Positions 21,061 through 34,857 are shown, counted from the stretch's first letter. The stretch is 64,000 nt of DNA from Eledone cirrhosa (GCA_964016885.1 OZ024745.1:31310001-31374000); one strand, 5' to 3'. Numbers and translations are program-made. The notes: a model not told the origin generated them from the sequence alone.

Positions 21061-22979
21061 AACACCCTGTTGGAATTATTTCACCAAACGAAATAGCATA
21101 TACATTTTCGCTCGCCCTGCAAGAAATGTCTCTCTCAAATTACTCCCTATTGCACATTCTGAAACTAGAAAAAACCATTCAATAATGTAGTTCAAGATAC
21201 ACAAAACGAGGTTATATGACCATGGCTGGAATGTCATAATCTGCTCGCTCAGAACTAACTTGAGTTTAAACAAAATCTTAAAATAGTATACAATGGAGAA
21301 TCACGGATTATAGCGTTTTCCCTTCAACAAGCATTTCAGAATATTTAACTAAAGAGGAAATAGCAAGTGAAATAGTTTTAACAAGTTTCTGTCTGGATTT
21401 GTAACCTAGAACGTTTTATTTGCTTTCACGTCATACAAAAAAAGGAACCCCCCCCCCCCCCCCCCCCATCTATTGTTTACTACCAGAAAAAAAAAAACGT
21501 CTTGTTTAATTCTTCGCGACGTCAAATGTTTTTTCTCCATGTGATACGTGAAAACAAATCAAGAGATCCACGTTTCAAATTCACATAGAAACCTAAACCT
21601 GAAACATAGCCAATCAACTTGATCACAATAAATAATTTGTGTTTATTTTGATCGACTCTGCACAGCAAAGTTGACCTTTTGTGTAATTTAACTTAGATGT
21701 GTGATGTAATAAACTAGATTTGAAAACGAAATAAAAGATTTAGTCTTTATTTTAACCTTTACATTATGTTATGGTGTTGAATTTCTCTCGTGGACTTTAG
21801 AGTTGTATATGAATTGAAATAAATAGATAAATAGCTAAACAGATAAATAAAGCAGATAGAGAGCACTTGTTCTGTTTTAATGAACCAATTCTCTTATTAA
21901 GCCTTGCTGAAAAGCATTGCTTGGCTTGGGCTTTACAAAAGCCCTTTGGAAATTCCAAAATCTGTATATACACTACCAGCCCTTGCCTCATCAATTAATA
22001 GAGCCTTGCACTCTAATAGCTCTAATAACTGGGAAGAGTGCCTATTCTACTTTGTTCCACTCCCCTACCTATCACTAGTTTTCATACAAGTAGTGTATTA
22101 CTAGCCACATTTTAGCTGCTTAAATAACAATGTTATGCATTAGGACATTCACATAATATTGTAGTATTTAAGCTTTATTTTTAGGTTTGGTTTGAAACAA
22201 AATCAGGATCTAAAAAAAAATGGGTCCACCCATTTCAAATTTTCCACATAATTAACCAAATCTAAGCCACAGTCTTCCGAGATTAACTTTCTAAATGTCT
22301 GAAACATGTTATCTAGCAGTTAAATATTAAGCTCTATGTAAAATAATGAAAAAAATTAAAACCATGTACTCATTTCGATAACTCACACCTTATCTCATAC
22401 TACCTGATCCATATAAATTGTTCTTTGAAATATGCAGTTTGATCTATAAAAATATAATTCAATAAAATAACGAGGCTTTTAGTTCAGGGCACATTTTTTA
22501 AAGTTAGAGCCTCTTTAACTTCTTTTTCTTGAGTCATCCCTCCATCGAAGGTGAAACATTCATTTTGCTTTTTCTAATGGCTAGAATAAATGCGTCCCAT
22601 CATATCTGCATACTCATAGATTTTTTCATTAACTGGAGCAGTTGTGCCAACCCATTGTCAAATTAATAGTCGATCATCTGCGAAGCCACCAAGGTCATCT
22701 AATTAAACTGATGATTGTCTTTATAGCATATGTAAAAGACCCCTTACTAATCTAGTCTGACCCTGTCCCAATTTAAAAAGTGAATAATTAAATTGTTTTA
22801 CTTGCAACATGATTCATCATTTGCGAACTCAGTGTTTCTAGCTAAAATTAATTCAGTAGATCACTGCTATAAACAGGGGAGTTACTTAATAATTACAGAG
22901 TGCTTTGATAGGCTGTAGTTGTGAATTTAAATCATGTGTCTGAGCCATGTTAAAAAAATAAAAAGGATAGGTTAAATAT

Positions 22980-23330
22980 AGTCTCCAACTGATCTGGCTG
23001 ATTCCCTAAGTGAAAGCAGCTGAGCTCATGGATATTATCCAACCACCTTGCTCAGGGTCTACCCCTGGGTTTCCTGCAGGCTGGTTTTGCCCATAAAATC
23101 TGTCCAGCGATTCTTTCTTGAAATATTCTAACCACATGCCCATAGTATTGGAGCTGTGGTCTCTCAATTCGGTGAAGTAGCGACTCTTACTGGAGCGACT
23201 CTCTAATCTCTGAGCTACACATTCTATCCAGTAGGATCAATTGGAGATGGTTGCCTCTGACAGGACCAGCTGGAAGACAAGCTTGAGGACTTTACCCCAA
23301 CAACCCTCCCAGGAATAAGTGGGCAAAAAA
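22980..23330. mobile_element. RTE-like fragment with internal inversion
   Basis: 22980-23235 minus strand encodes LQYYGHVVRI..RKPRGRP; 23240-23330 plus strand carries the continuing 3' end. Confidence 0.55.
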
Positions 23331-25929
23331 GAAAAGTTTCTGAATTAGCATACCACTATAAACTTTTTCTAAATCTGAGGGTGTACCAATGAAAAGTAAT
23401 GAGAATGTGCCATCCAGTGCCCCTTCTTTGCTGAATTGAGTGCAAGTGGCATGAAACTTTAAATAACAACAGAGTGAATCATCAACTGACTGTTAATAAC
23501 TATAAACTCTGCATCCTGTTTAAATTACATGCTGGAAATGATTTGAATGCTTTTGAAGTATAATCGGATATAAACAATCTTTTATGGCAGTAGATATTTA
23601 GGATGAATATATTTTCTTCTGATTATAGATATATAATAAAGATCTTTTTCAAGGAATGTAAATATGAAGTTGATACTTTGCTGAAGTATTTTATCAACTG
23701 GTAGAAGTCACTGCATCCATAGCTGGACACAGTATACTACTGTAATACTGTTGGGGAATTACATTTTTTTGCTTTTTACATTTAAGATATTGGTAGTAGA
23801 AGAACAGTATGGCATCTTAGACAAGTGTCTTTTACAATAGCCTTAGATTAACCAATATCTTGCGGGTGGAATTTGGTAGATAGAAACTGCAGAAGCCTGT
23901 TGTATATCATCATCATCATCATCATCATCATTTAAAGTCTGCGTTCCCTACTAACAAGGTTTAGGTGAGTGAGTCCTGGCAGACCTTGTCAGTACTCAAG
24001 CGAGGATACTATTCATTCATATGGACCAGGGGCCTGCATCTCGCCTTACATACAATCTCCTGCTCTACTTAGTGCATTTTATCATGACACCAGCTCAATT
24101 TACCACTATAACAACAACACATGGTAGGTAAGCTGATAGATACACAGATAAATAGATATTATTGTTGTTGTGTGGCCCACTAACCCATCTAAAATGATGT
24201 TATTTTTGTTGTCAACTCCAAGTAGGAAAGATGTAGGTAGATAAGAAATAAAAAAGAAACAGTAGTAAATAGATTTGTGTGTGTGTATGTGTATGTGCTA
24301 TGCATGCATATGTGTATGGAATATAGAAAGGGGGAAGTGTGAGAGAGTGGGGGGGGGGGTATAGAAGTAAGAAAATGGGGAGGAGAAGAGAAATGGTCCC
24401 CTCTCTATCATATTCCTCATCTGTTTCTCTCTCTTGGTCCTCATGCATGAGAAAAAAACAACTTCCATTAAGTACCAAAATCATTAGCTATATATATTAG
24501 AATATTTATACAGTACATGTTGCGGAGGTTAAGATTCGCTAGGGGGCATAACTAAGGTTAATAAACCCTCTCCTGATTTTATTTCCAAATAACTTTCTTA
24601 ATTTCAAAGGTGTAAATTATAATTATGTTGATGAAATAAAAAAAAAAAGGCTGTAAACAGTAGTTCATTACAATTACTTGAAAATAAAGAAGAGAACATA
24701 ATAATTTCATTATTTTATTATACTCCTTTCAATTTCTAATTATAGTATATGGGCTGATCCAAATATAAGCCCTTCCCACTGTTTTATGTCTGAGAAATAG
24801 GTGAAAATCCAAACCCCATTTATAAACCAAGGCAGCTGATCAACACATCAATTTTTGGTCATGTATGCCTTGGCTTATATCTGAGTATATATGGTATATC
24901 AAGCTAAATGTAAACTTGGGAATTTTTTCATGTCTTTCAAACTCATGTTGATAATGAATAATATAAATCAGGATAATATCATAGATTTTCTACAGAAACA
25001 TGTTTTTTCTACAACACGAATTGCAGATAAACAATTTTATTTTTAAAGTTTGATCAACATAATTATTATCCATATGTTCAAAAATGTATCTTTGTAAAAT
25101 TTCATTTAATAAATATGTATTAAGAAGTGATATAGTGCTATAAATGATACACCCAAGAATCTATTATTATACAAGTCTTATTTACTTAAAGCAGTGGAGT
25201 TGCATTTTATTTCAGTACCTATCTACAACTCTATTATCTGAGTCATTTGAAAATGCAGCAAGTGATTTGGATATTCAGTAATGGTGTTATCAGGATATGA
25301 ATGAACTTTGATGCTATTGACCAGAAGTTCAATTCCTCTTCTGTTGTAAATTAGAATGTAAAAAGAAATTCTAGAATAAATTCATATTTTAAAATAGCTA
25401 GTTTATAGAAACATTTAGGAGTGTTTGAGGACTTTTCCCCAACGACCCTCTCAGGAATAAGTAGGCGATGAAGAAGAAAAAGAAGAAGCTAGTTTATAGA
25501 AACAGTTCAATGACAGTTTAGTATAATGAGATTGTTACTATAAAACGTATTTGATTCCCTATTTGCATGCTAGAGCACATAAATCAATGTATGTATGCAA
25601 ATGTATATTTATGCATGCATTTATATGTATTTCTTGGAAAAAGGTCAGAAGCATTATATTGTCAGCTTTCCTTATCAGTTCTGTGGTTAACAAAACTTAG
25701 GATGTGTAACCTTTAAGTGTTGGGAATAAAAGAAATCTAACAGAAAAAAATGTACATTATCTACATTACAAATAATATTGAATGTTATTATTTTATATTT
25801 TTGGAGATCATATCCTGTCATGATTATCATTCATCCTTTCAGAGTGAATTAGAATAATTGTCACTTTTTCATTTTCAGTCTTCAAATTTTACATTTGTTT
25901 CAATCAAACACTAGAAAGGACTTCACAAA

Positions 25930-26112
25930 TAATTGTTTCTACTTTTGGCACAAGGCCAGCAACTACACGGTGTATTACTGGTACTTTATTTTATCGACCC
26001 CGTAAGGATGAAAGGCAAAGTTAACCTTGGCGGGATTTGAACTCAGAATGGCAAGGGCAGTAACTCTATGCGTCAAAGCATGGCGTCCGACCCTCTACCG
26101 ATACTGCCAAAT
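25930..26112 (-). mobile_element. Family-A tRNA SINE
   Basis: Nearly identical to 34671-34857. Confidence 0.85.
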
Positions 26113-26149
26113 GCTACACACTCACAAGGGGAGTACCATGAAAAGAAAT

Positions 26150-26484
26150 GCCCCATAACAGGGAGAAATGAGGCAAAATGGAGAGAGTTTACATAATTGT
26201 TTCTACTTTTGGCACAAGGCCAGCAATTACACAGTACATTACTGGTACTTTATTTTATCGACCCTGTAAGGATGAAAGGCAAAGTCAACCTCAGCGGGAT
26301 TTGAACTCAGTTCATAAAGGGATGTAACTGTGCTTGAAAGTGTCTGACCCTCTACCGATACTGCCAATCCACCAGAGTTTACATAATGAAAGCTATATCT
26401 ATTTTCACAAGAGAAGACATCTATCACCCACCCCAAAGTGGGTGGGAGATCTCCCCATCCGACGGGGAGAGTTGACAGGTCTGT
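26150..26484 (-). mobile_element. hAT-like MITE interrupted by a family-A SINE (26198-26373)
   Basis: Reverse complement of 56083-56244; the SINE is flanked by TSD AGAGTTTACATAAT (26184-26197 and 26374-26387). Confidence 0.7.
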
Positions 26485-27385
26485 GTATGTATATATGTGT
26501 AAAAGGATGATGATGATGATGACAATTTTATGCCAACCAGATGAATGGCATTCTTCTGGATGTGACCTGGGATATATGTCTATCTAGCAGCAGCATCAAA
26601 AATGTGGGAGCACAACTCCATTGTGAGTTTTACCTGAACATTGTTGAGGGTCAAACATTGTTGGGAAATATTTTTTGCTCTGAAGAGAAGGGCCAATCTT
26701 TTAGGATGTGTGTTCACCATGAAAGATCCTTTGTGAGAGTGAGGTGAGACCTAGCATTTGGAGCGAATGCTCTATTCATGTTTAAGGGTGGTGAGGTGCA
26801 GTGATGTTTTAGTTCCTTACACATACAACCAACAAACTAAATGAACAATAGCAATAAAAATGAATCCGATTTTTCTCTGATTTGATCTGTCATTAGATAG
26901 TCTATTGTCATACTGGGGCAACATCTTTAAGAGTTTTGGCGATCATATCAATACTAACATTTATTTCAACCTATTATATATTAAACTCTATTTGCCAAAC
27001 TACTAAGTTAAAGGAAAAAATTCAAGAAAACTCATATGCACGCACACATACACACACAGACACTTAATATAAATGTGTTTCAAATAATATATTTATGCAC
27101 AGTTGCAGGGTCCAAAAGTAAAGAGCCTTATAACTAGCACAGGGTCTCATTTATCCTAAATCCGGCACTCCACCTCAGTCATGTTTTGGACACCATGGTC
27201 CACTCTAGTAAAGAGTTATTGTTTTCAGAGACATATCCAGATTTAGGGGTCTTAGCTGGAATCTCTAGGAGGGATTTTTCCAGGGAAATTTTGAATTTTA
27301 GAGTATCTATTTGTGTTTTGATGTATTTTGGTATGATATTAAACAAAGAGGGACCAGTTGAAGTGAAATAGTTTTGCTGGTTACC

Positions 27386-27610
27386 TTACAGTGTGGACTG
27401 GGTGCTTTTTATCATGTCATCAACATGACAACTTTACAGGGTGGACTGGGTGCTTTTTGTCGTGTCATCAGCATGACAACATTACAGGATGGACTGGGTG
27501 CTTTTTGGCATGACACTAGCACACCCACCTTACAGGGTGTACTGAGTGATTTTCTTTTTCTTTTATACCGGGTGGACTGGGGTCTCTTGTCATGTCACCA
27601 GCACAACCAT
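27386..27610 (-). repeat. About 48-bp tandem array of an RTE/SINE tail sub-motif, roughly 5 degenerate units; related array at about 49120-49300
   Basis: TTACAG(G/T)GTGGACTGGGTGCTTTTT..TGTCA(T/C)CAGCA recurs at 27386, 27434, 27482 and onward. Confidence 0.75.
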
Positions 27611-27892
27611 CCTATAGAGTGTATTTGTATGTATATATATATATGCATATATGTATGTATATAATATACATAAATATAAACATATATGTGTGCGTGTATC
27701 TATATGCAGAAATGAATATGTGTATGTGTGTGTGTGTAACGAAATCTCTTCACGGACTGTCTCCCAGGTGACATCTAATTGTCATTTCTGTTATTTCTAG
27801 TCCCGTAGAAGTCATTTCTATATCAAATAAAGATGCCTATACTCTAGTAACGTATTGAGTACCTCTCGATACCCATCGGGAATTCACCCATA

Positions 27893-27923
<31 letters not shown>

Positions 27924-28365
27924 GTAGAAATATGTTTATAATATATATATATATAGGAGAGAGAGAGATAGATAGATAGATTGAATATGGGAGAGAGTTT
28001 GGTGAAATGAATATTGAGGCAATTTTGAACACCCGTAATATATATTTGTAGTTAATTTAACATACAGTGAAAAAAAAATAAGGAACAAAATGTACGAAAC
28101 TAATATTTTATAGGTTGTCAAGTAAACAAGACAACGACGAAGCAGCAGTCTTGCCCTCTTTCTGTAAGTCTTCTTCATCCCTCTTTCACTATGGGATAGA
28201 TTTACCCCTTCCTTCGACAAATAAAGAAGCGTTCGCTTCTTCTTCGCTGCTGCTGTTTCCGTACTGATTCGCCCTTCATCTCAAGTGTAGTGGTTGTTGT
28301 TGTATGTAGTGTAACAACATCATTATCAGTATATCGTCCAGATATAGACTCCACAAGGAGGGAGT

Positions 28366-28455
28366 ATGGATTGTGCGGGAAACGCGCTGTTCCGAGTGGC
28401 GCAAGATGCCTCAGCTGTTGCCAATGTCCAGGGAGGCGTTGGAAATTACATACCG
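28366..28455 (+). CDS. Candidate first coding exon of an unidentified gene (MDCAGNALFRVAQDASAVANVQGGVGNYIP)
   Basis: Non-repetitive CpG-rich patch at about 28100-28460; ATG in good context (AGT-ATG-G); weak donor CCG|GTTGGC followed by T-rich sequence. Confidence 0.4.
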
Positions 28456-29385
28456 GTTGGCTTTCTTTGAATTCTTTCATATCTCGTGTGTTTTCATTCT
28501 TTTCGTCTTTAGAGTTGGCATTTGTTTTTTAAAATTTTATTTAATTTTATTTTTTTGTGTGTATGTATATGACGTGGTGGTAGAGAGGAATCGCTGTAAC
28601 AGAACAGCAATCAGTTGACTCTTATATTTAAATATACAAATCGTTCTACATTCTTCACATGATCAAACATCTTCCCCATTCCCCGCTTTTGTTTCTATTG
28701 ACACTAAATCAACCAAGGAAAGAAAGTACCTGTTGGTTGTCGCTTCCACCCCCGCATTATCTATCACACACACGCGCACAAATATATGCATTCATACATG
28801 CATTACACACATACCTCATGCATGCATACATACGTATATATATATATGAGGCAGGGAGATGGACAGATGTGTTAATGTTAGTGCAATCCTCTCGTCTTTT
28901 ACTGTTGTTTTACAACAATCTCTATCATATAAGAAGTGTCTTTTGTTGTTGTTCTTAACCATTGACAACCCCCACTATATTTATTAAGGTATTATTTATT
29001 CACAATGCTTAGATATCTTCTGTCATTAAGACAGTTCGTTAATATATTCTGTAGATCGACGAAAGTAGTAGTATTAATAGTATCAATATAGAAATCACAC
29101 CGCCACTCGCTGTTATTAGTGGCAAGGATCAGATTTGTCAATAGGAAAACTCCTGTTACACAGCTGCATTGATTCAGCACGTTGCTTACATACACATATA
29201 TACATACATGCATACTTACATACATACATACGTACATACATACGTACGTACATACATACATGCAAAAATACATACGTACGTACATACACATATATATATT
29301 CATACACACACATACATCAAACCGTATACACTTTCATACATCTACATATTCATCTATCCATACATGTATGCATACATACTATATT

Positions 29386-29692
29386 GGCACTCCGTCAGTT
29401 ACGACGATGACTGTTCCAGTTGATTCGATCAACGGAACAGCTTGATCCTGAAATTAACGTTAAAGTGGCTGAACATTCCACAGACACATGTACCCTTAAT
29501 GTAGTTCTCAGGGAGATTCAGCATGACACATAATGTGACAGGGCTGGCCTTCCAAATTACAGATACGACTCGTTTCTGCCGGTTGAATAGAGCAACGTGA
29601 AATAAAGTGTCTTGCTGAAGAACACAATGAGCTGCCGGGAATTGAACTCACGACCTTACAATCGTAGCCAATTACCTTAACCACAAAGCCAT
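29386..29692 (-). mobile_element. Family-B tRNA/CORE-type SINE
   Basis: Minus strand has TGGCTTTGTGGTTAAGG, GAGTTCAATTCCCGG, AGCAAGACACTTTATTTCAC and ends GACGGAGTGCC. Confidence 0.85.
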
Positions 29693-30079
29693 ACATACAT
29701 ATTGATTATTTGACCTTAGCACCTATCATGTCAGCTACCTATACGAGAAGGGAATTTTTTTTCCTGTGGGGATTAATTTTTTGTTCGTAATTTTTAGTTG
29801 CATATAAATGCTGCATCATAAAAGAAACTTCACTCGCATTGTATATAGTATATACTACTAGTGGAGACAGCAAATGAAAACTTTGACATTCTGAGTAATT
29901 AAAGTTGTCTATAAAATACGCATGACACCCAAATGAACGCAGTTGGTGAGTCTGCAACAGTTGTGGCGATGCATCTTCAACGAAGGATGTGTGGTTCTTA
30001 CAAGTTCAGTTGAATAACATCACACACACGCACATATAACAATCTGAGAAAATTATATTCTTATGGCTATGTGTGTGTG

Positions 30080-30111
<32 letters not shown>

Positions 30112-30853
30112 ACATAGATGAAATTATATATATACAAAGTTCTGATGTATGTAGAGAATTGTATACACACAGTATTGTCGGTGTATATGCACCTGTTAAC
30201 ATTTTAGTTTATAATGATGATTGCGAAAGCTTCTCATATACATATGAATGATAATTACTCGTTCAAAGAATACACACACCTCCCACTACTTTGTTGTTAT
30301 TTAACCCTTGTTGTTAGGTCAACGCTGATTAGACCTATGATTAAAAGCATTCTAGACGATTGCATTCTGTATTTTTTTAAAGGCTCCTATGACTACATTA
30401 TCCCATCTGGATGTAATTTGAGGGAGATTAGGCTGCTATTTCGAGTAAGTTGAATGACTGCGTACAACCCCCCCCCCCCATATCCCTCGCTAGTTCGCCC
30501 CAACTTAGCTAATATTGAATACAACACTAGCTTATCTGTTTTGCTTCTTAACCTTTCATTCTAATGTTTTCATTCTTTATTTAATCTGTTTGTTAATTGC
30601 CATTTAATGTTAATTATCATGGGTCATACAGGAATGTACAGTTATTTAATATTTAATTAACTATCATTGTGTTTGTAAAAACCGATTTATAGAGTATCAT
30701 TAATAGAAACAATATATGTATATATGTATATATATATACATATATATATGTATATATATATACATATATATAATATACATACATATATATATATATATAT
30801 AATATACATATACATACATATATATATATATAATATACATATATATATATACT

Positions 30854-30900
<47 letters not shown>

Positions 30901-30901
<1 letters not shown>

Positions 30902-31460
30902 TCTAGAATAAGGACGGATTGGAAGAAGTTTAGGGAGCTGCTTCCTCTGCTGATGAAGAAGGGTTTCTCCCTGCGTACGAAAGGCCGGTTGTATGATGCC
31001 TGTGTGAGGAGCGCGATGCTGCATGGTAGTGAGACATGGGCAGCAACTGCAGAGGAAATGCGACGGTTGGAGAGAAATGAGGCGAGCATGCTCCGTTGGA
31101 TGTGCAGTGTAAATGTGTGTGAACGACCCAGCATAAATGTGTTGAGAGAGAAACTGTGTCTGAGAGGGATAGAATGTAGTGTACGGGAGAGGAGACTGAG
31201 GTGGTATGGACATGTAATGCGCATGGAGGATGACCGATGGGTGAAGAAGTGTCAGGAAATGCCAGTTGAAGGAAGACGTGGTAGAGGTAGACCACGAAAA
31301 ACATGGGTGGAGGTGGTGAGAACAGACCTCAGATCGTTGAAGCTCACGGTGGAGATGACGAAGGACCGTGACGAGTAGAGAGATGCTGTGCTGAATAAGA
31401 CCCGTTCCACCCTTGCAAGCAGGGAAGAGCGGATGTAAAATGATGATGATGATGATGATG
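30901..31460 (+). mobile_element. 5'-truncated RTE-clade LINE (RT C-terminus plus (TGA)n tail) inserted at (TA)n
   Basis: KGRLYDACVRSAMLHGSETW...RRLRWYGHVMR...GRRGRGRPRKTW. Confidence 0.9.
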
Positions 31461-31571
31461 ATATGTGTATATGTGTGTGTGGTGTAAAAGGTAAACAGAA
31501 ATAACAACACAATCAGTACAGTATATTGAAGGAATATATTAGGTTAACACTTGAAATAGCAGGAAGAGGGT

Positions 31572-31605
31572 CTTAACATTTCGGATGCTAGTCCTTCATC
31601 AGAAG
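31572..31605 (-). ncRNA. Minimal hammerhead ribozyme-like motif (Penelope-like remnant)
   Basis: CTT-CTGATGA-A-GGA-CTAGCA-TCC-GAAA-TG-TT-AAG; GAAATGTT may be CpG-decayed GAAACGTT. Confidence 0.55.
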
Positions 31606-32124
31606 GAAAAATGAGAAATAAGATAGATTGAAGGGACAGGTGGAGTGGAATTGTATATATATAACACACACACTCACACAGATACTTACATACATGCATA
31701 TATCATCATCATCATCAGCTGCCTCCAACTGTCTTTGTCCATCATCAAGACTTTGATTTTAGAATCAGAGTTTACACCTCTCTAAGTATTTTTGGAAAGC
31801 TTGAGTGAATACAGCCTAGTGAAACCCATACCTCTCCAAGCTTGACTCTAACTGATATCCTCCAATTTCGGTGGTTCACTGTGACCATTGATTTTAAAAG
31901 ACTGAGAAATTCATCTGCTCAGTGATGTTCTGCGAGCATCACCCACTCATGTCATTTAGCCTGGCTGTAGAAGTGGTCAACCAAGGTGTGACATTAAGAG
32001 CCAGATCTGAGGGGCAGGTTGAGGACTGGTGAGTCTGTCCACTCATAAGAGGTGCAACTGCCAGATATCAAAGACAAGACCTCTATCCTGAATCCCTTAC
32101 ACTCAGGTATTGAAATAAAGTTTC

Positions 32125-32327
32125 TTAACTCTTTAGCATTTACATTACTCTATATATACTATTGTATTTTCATGGTAAAAGCTTTATCTCACATAATATC
32201 AAATCTATGAGATTTTGATATTTATTTTGAGAACAATACCTTATCATCAGTATGAGTAGCCAGTTTGAACAGAAAGTGGTGAGAGAATTCTGGCCAGATA
32301 CAGCCGGTTTAAATGCTAAAGGGTTAA
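32125..32327. mobile_element. piggyBac-like MITE; second copy at 49847-50053 in the opposite orientation
   Basis: TTAA at both ends; TIR CTCTTTAGCATTTA / TAAATGCTAAAGGG. Confidence 0.7.
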
Positions 32328-32828
32328 ACTGCTTTACTCTATTTTCAAAGCAACAGTATATAAAGCTATGTCCAGTATTGATATGACATTTCTTGTTTCA
32401 CAAGTGTTAGTTCCTCCTCCCTGCAGAACATTGGGAGTACAGTTGGTCACAAGCTCTGTCATGAGCCTGTTCCCAGGTCCTCCTCCACAGATCTCATCTG
32501 AGCCTTGACATGTCTCCTTTGCCTGCTTAAGGTCCACCCTTCTTCTGGCTTCCACTTGAGAGAGGCTCTCACTAGTCTCTCATGTGCTGTAGCAAGTGAC
32601 GGAGTATCTGCTTCTATCTTACAGTGATGGTATCTCATACTCAACCTGGTCCTTTTCATCACCTCTTCATTTGTGGCGTGATCATGTCAAGATATTCTTA
32701 GTATGATCCTAGTCAGTGTCTATGGAAGATATTTTAAGTTCTATAGATTTTGCTAGTCATTTTCTATGCCTTTGACCAATGTTACATTTTTTTAAATGGT
32801 ACAAATTATAGAATTAGCCAATTCATAC

Positions 32829-32945
32829 CTTGCACTAAGATCCCTTAAACTGATACTACTTTCTCTCTTAGAAATGAATTCTTTCCTAATTTCTACAGTA
32901 ACATTCTTTTGTGTGGTCTCTGCTTTCAGTGTGGCAAGTAGTTGT
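32829..32945 (-). CDS. Candidate 117-nt internal exon (QLLATLKAETTQKNVTVEIRKEFISKRESSISLRDLSA), unidentified
   Basis: Acceptor TTTTTCTTAG, donor AAG|GTATGA, one open frame, symmetric phase 2; no homology recognised. Confidence 0.3.
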
Positions 32946-33240
32946 CTAAGAAAAATATATTACAAAATTCCACTGGTTCAAATGAAATAGAAAATATAAA
33001 AAATAGCATAATGACACTACAAATTTTATGTGGTAAACTGAAAACCTTATGAAGCAATGTCTTTTGGGAAATGCACAAAATCCACATGACCTCACTCCCT
33101 TCCCCTATGACCTTGTTAAATATATAAAAATTCTCAATATTTTATCTTTATAAAATCATTATTTATGATCCCTAAATATTGAAATATTCATATATTATCT
33201 TAAATCACTTTTAAAACCAGCAAGTTGATTCAAATTTATA

Positions 33241-33426
33241 TATGAGGGTCGGTTGAAAAGTTCATAAGCTGACCAAGATACTCTCATGGAATGACCAAAT
33301 GAGGTTTATTTTGCTAAAATAGTCCCTGGAAAGAAACAATGCAGTTGAAATTAATGCATGCAAGATTTCACAGCTCTAGCATCACACTTTCATAGTTAGC
33401 CTATGACCTTTTCAGCCCACCCTCAG
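33241..33426. mobile_element. Tc1/mariner-type MITE
   Basis: TIRs GAGGGTCGGTTGAAAAG / CTTTTCAGCCCACCCTC. Confidence 0.7.
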
Positions 33427-34130
33427 AGTTGTTTTGCAAAATCAAAAGATTTTCTCGAAACTTTGATTTCAAATTCATTTTCCTTTAAAAGACAAACACA
33501 CACAAACAAAACCAAACTGAACAATATCATGACTGCTGAAAAATAAATTACTGTGAGAAATTATTCAGAGACGCAGTTTGCATGAAAAACTATAATTATG
33601 CTGTAAGAAAATGACATTTTTTCATGTCAAGTATAATGAAAGTTTTATTGTAAGGATAATTCTTTACTATTGAAATTTATATATTTTCAGTATGGGATAT
33701 TAGTTGATTTAGATGTTATATTTATGTTTTTAATTATATATTTTTTTAATCCAACATTTAAAAATCAGTTTGTGCTTTCCATGATTTTGGCAGGGTTTTT
33801 TTTTCCTAGCTGCATGCCCTTCCTATGACACACCACTTTACAGCATGGACTGGGTGCATTATTCATGTCACCAGCACTAGAGAGGCTGTCTTACTGGACT
33901 CAAGAATCCTCTCCACCTTGTATCAGTTCTTATTTGAAGTGTCCACTCTCCTAGACAGGTTGCCTTCACTACAGCTTACGGAGCCTATTTTGAGCATTTG
34001 GCTTTACTTCATTGTTACATTAGATTTTGTTCATTGTATGTGTGTTTGTATAGGATTACATTAGGCTGATTCATAGCATTTTTTTTTTTGTAAAAAGATT
34101 GTGATTTATATATGTTATTCTGAGAGAGAA

Positions 34131-34430
34131 GGCATGTGGCTTTGTGGTTAGGATATTCAGCTCACAATTGTAAGGTTGTGAGTTTGATTCCTAGCAGTCC
34201 TTTGTGTCCTTGAGCAAGACACTTTATTTCACATTGCTCTAAAATTAATTATAATTGTAATTTGAAGGATCAACCTGGTCACATTCCATTCACACCAAAT
34301 CTCTCTAAGAACTATGTTAAATGTATGCATGTCTGGAATGCTCAGCCACTTGAACGTTAATTTCATTAGCAGGCTGGTTTGTTGATTGTATCAACTGGAA
34401 CACTCATCATGATAATTAACAGAGTACCAG
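34131..34430 (+). mobile_element. Family-B tRNA/CORE-type SINE
   Basis: GGCATGTGGCTTTGTGGTTAGG, GAGTTTGATTCC, GTGTCCTTGAGCAAGACACTTT. Confidence 0.85.
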
Positions 34431-34670
34431 TTTTTATTTTGAGAATTATACAGAAATATAGGAAAGTTTGGCTTTTACAATTATCTCTAAATGCAATTTC
34501 ATTGTACCTTGTATGGGCTTGTATACTTCTATGTTCATACTTTTATTGTTGAATGATAAATACTCTGTATTTCAATTAATTAGTGAAGAATTTAGAATAA
34601 TTTTCTAAAATTATTAATTATTTAATTATTAAGATGATGAAACTTAACTAAAGGTTTCATATAAAATAAT

Positions 34671-34857
34671 TGTTTCTACTTTTGGCACAAGGCCAGCAAT
34701 TACCCAGTGTATTACTGGTACTTTATTTTATCAACCCCGTAAGGATGAAAGGCAAAGTCAACCTCAGCGGGATTGAACTCAGAATGGCAAAGGACGTAAC
34801 TCTATGCGTCAAAGCATAGCGCCCGACCCTCTACCGGTACTGCCAATCCACTGCCCT
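34671..34857 (-). mobile_element. Full-length family-A SINE with TSD
   Basis: A and B boxes intact; flanking direct repeat TTTCATATAAAATAAT. Confidence 0.9.
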
